A stretch of DNA of 64,000 nucleotides from Calditrichaceae bacterium (GTDB lineage: Bacteria; Calditrichota; Calditrichia; Calditrichales; JBFXGD01): positions 1-64,000 of the forward strand of contig JBFXLE010000020.1 in the NCBI GenBank assembly GCA_050173015.1, in the 5' to 3' direction. Of this stretch, positions 63,336-64,000 are shown one piece after another. The notes below the pieces were generated by a model, which made no database searches, was not told the DNA's origin, and saw only the letters and a program-made list of their open reading frames with translations. Every line of letters begins with the position of its first letter. Positions within the stretch are counted from its first letter, which is position 1. The position numbers were made by a program, and so were the translations under genes.

Positions 63336-64000
63336 ATGAGAATGAGAAAATATCTGTTTTTGATGTTGATTTTAATTTCGACGCCCGCGCTGGCGGATGA
63401 TCTGATGGTAGCGGCCTCGGCCAATGCGCAGTTCGCCATGCGGGAACTAAGGGAGTCATTTCAAAAAGATACCGGAATCTCCGTCACGGTTATCACCGGC
63501 TCATCGGGAAAACTGACCGCTCAGATCAAAAACGGCGCGCCTTTCGATATCTTTCTCTCCGCGGATACGCGCTATCCGCGGGTTTTATACGATGACGGTT
63601 TTACTTTGGGAGAACCGGTGGTTTACGCTTACGGATCACTGGTGTTGTGGACCATAAAAGATCTGGAACTATCCGGTGGGCTGCCGGCCCTGTTAGGCGA
63701 CGGATTCAAAAAAATCGCGGTTGCCAATCCTCAGACGGCTCCGTACGGAGTGGAAGCAATCAAAGCGCTGCGGTACTTTGATTTGTACGACCGGCTTGAA
63801 ATCAGACTTGTGTACGGATCGAGCATTTCTCAGACAAGTCAGTTCATATCTTCCGGAGCGGCGGATGCCGGGATCACCGCGAAATCGGTAGTGCTGGCGC
63901 CGGAAATGAAAACCAGCGGATCATGGATCGATGTTCCACCCGAATCCTACGAGCCCATCGCCCAGGGAGTGGTCATTATTAAACGCGGAAAAGAGGCTCC
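63336..64000 (+). CDS. modA: molybdate ABC transporter substrate-binding protein (runs off window end; absent from ORF track)
   Basis: manual translation MRMRKYLFL...VAASANAQFAM...GSSGKLTAQIKNGAPFDIFLSAD...ANPQTAPYG. Confidence 0.88.
   Translation, partial: MRMRKYLFLMLILISTPALADDLMVAASANAQFAMRELRESFQKDTGISVTVITGSSGKLTAQIKNGAPFDIFLSADTRYPRVLYDDGFTLGEPVVYAYGSLVLWTIKDLELSGGLPALLGDGFKKIAVANPQTAPYGVEAIKALRYFDLYDRLEIRLVYGSSISQTSQFISSGAADAGITAKSVVLAPEMKTSGSWIDVPPESYEPIAQGVVIIKRGKEA

Overview
Bacterial chromosomal segment from a diderm organism (TonB-dependent receptor, lgt, GT9 heptosyltransferase-like gene). The gene mix suggests an FCB-group or Calditrichota-like lineage, which is inference only. 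It carries about 45 protein genes, mostly housekeeping or metabolic: arsM, a membrane PP2C phosphatase, panE, M16 and S46 peptidases, a split and convergent lysine-ketoglutarate reductase/saccharopine dehydrogenase pair, a narK-narGHJI operon, glgC, a PiT-DUF47-CYTH phosphate module, a PAS hybrid kinase, ferritin, a MerR/B12-radical SAM/desaturase cluster, thyX, nth and a truncated modA. narG contains one in-frame TAA. No rRNA, tRNA, CRISPR array or transposase was recognised. The most unusual region is the 2.5-kb essentially non-coding interval between thyX and nth (60094-62593). It holds a modular array of seven ~120-bp three-hairpin units with covarying stems and C-GNA-G DNA-type triloops, joined by three reusable 64-66-bp linkers. 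A second structured element sits twice at the same position within these units. Heptamer GAAGTRR tracts and a 21-bp-period repeat are also present. Several gene starts were moved from the ORF track to the ATG/GTG next to a plausible RBS.
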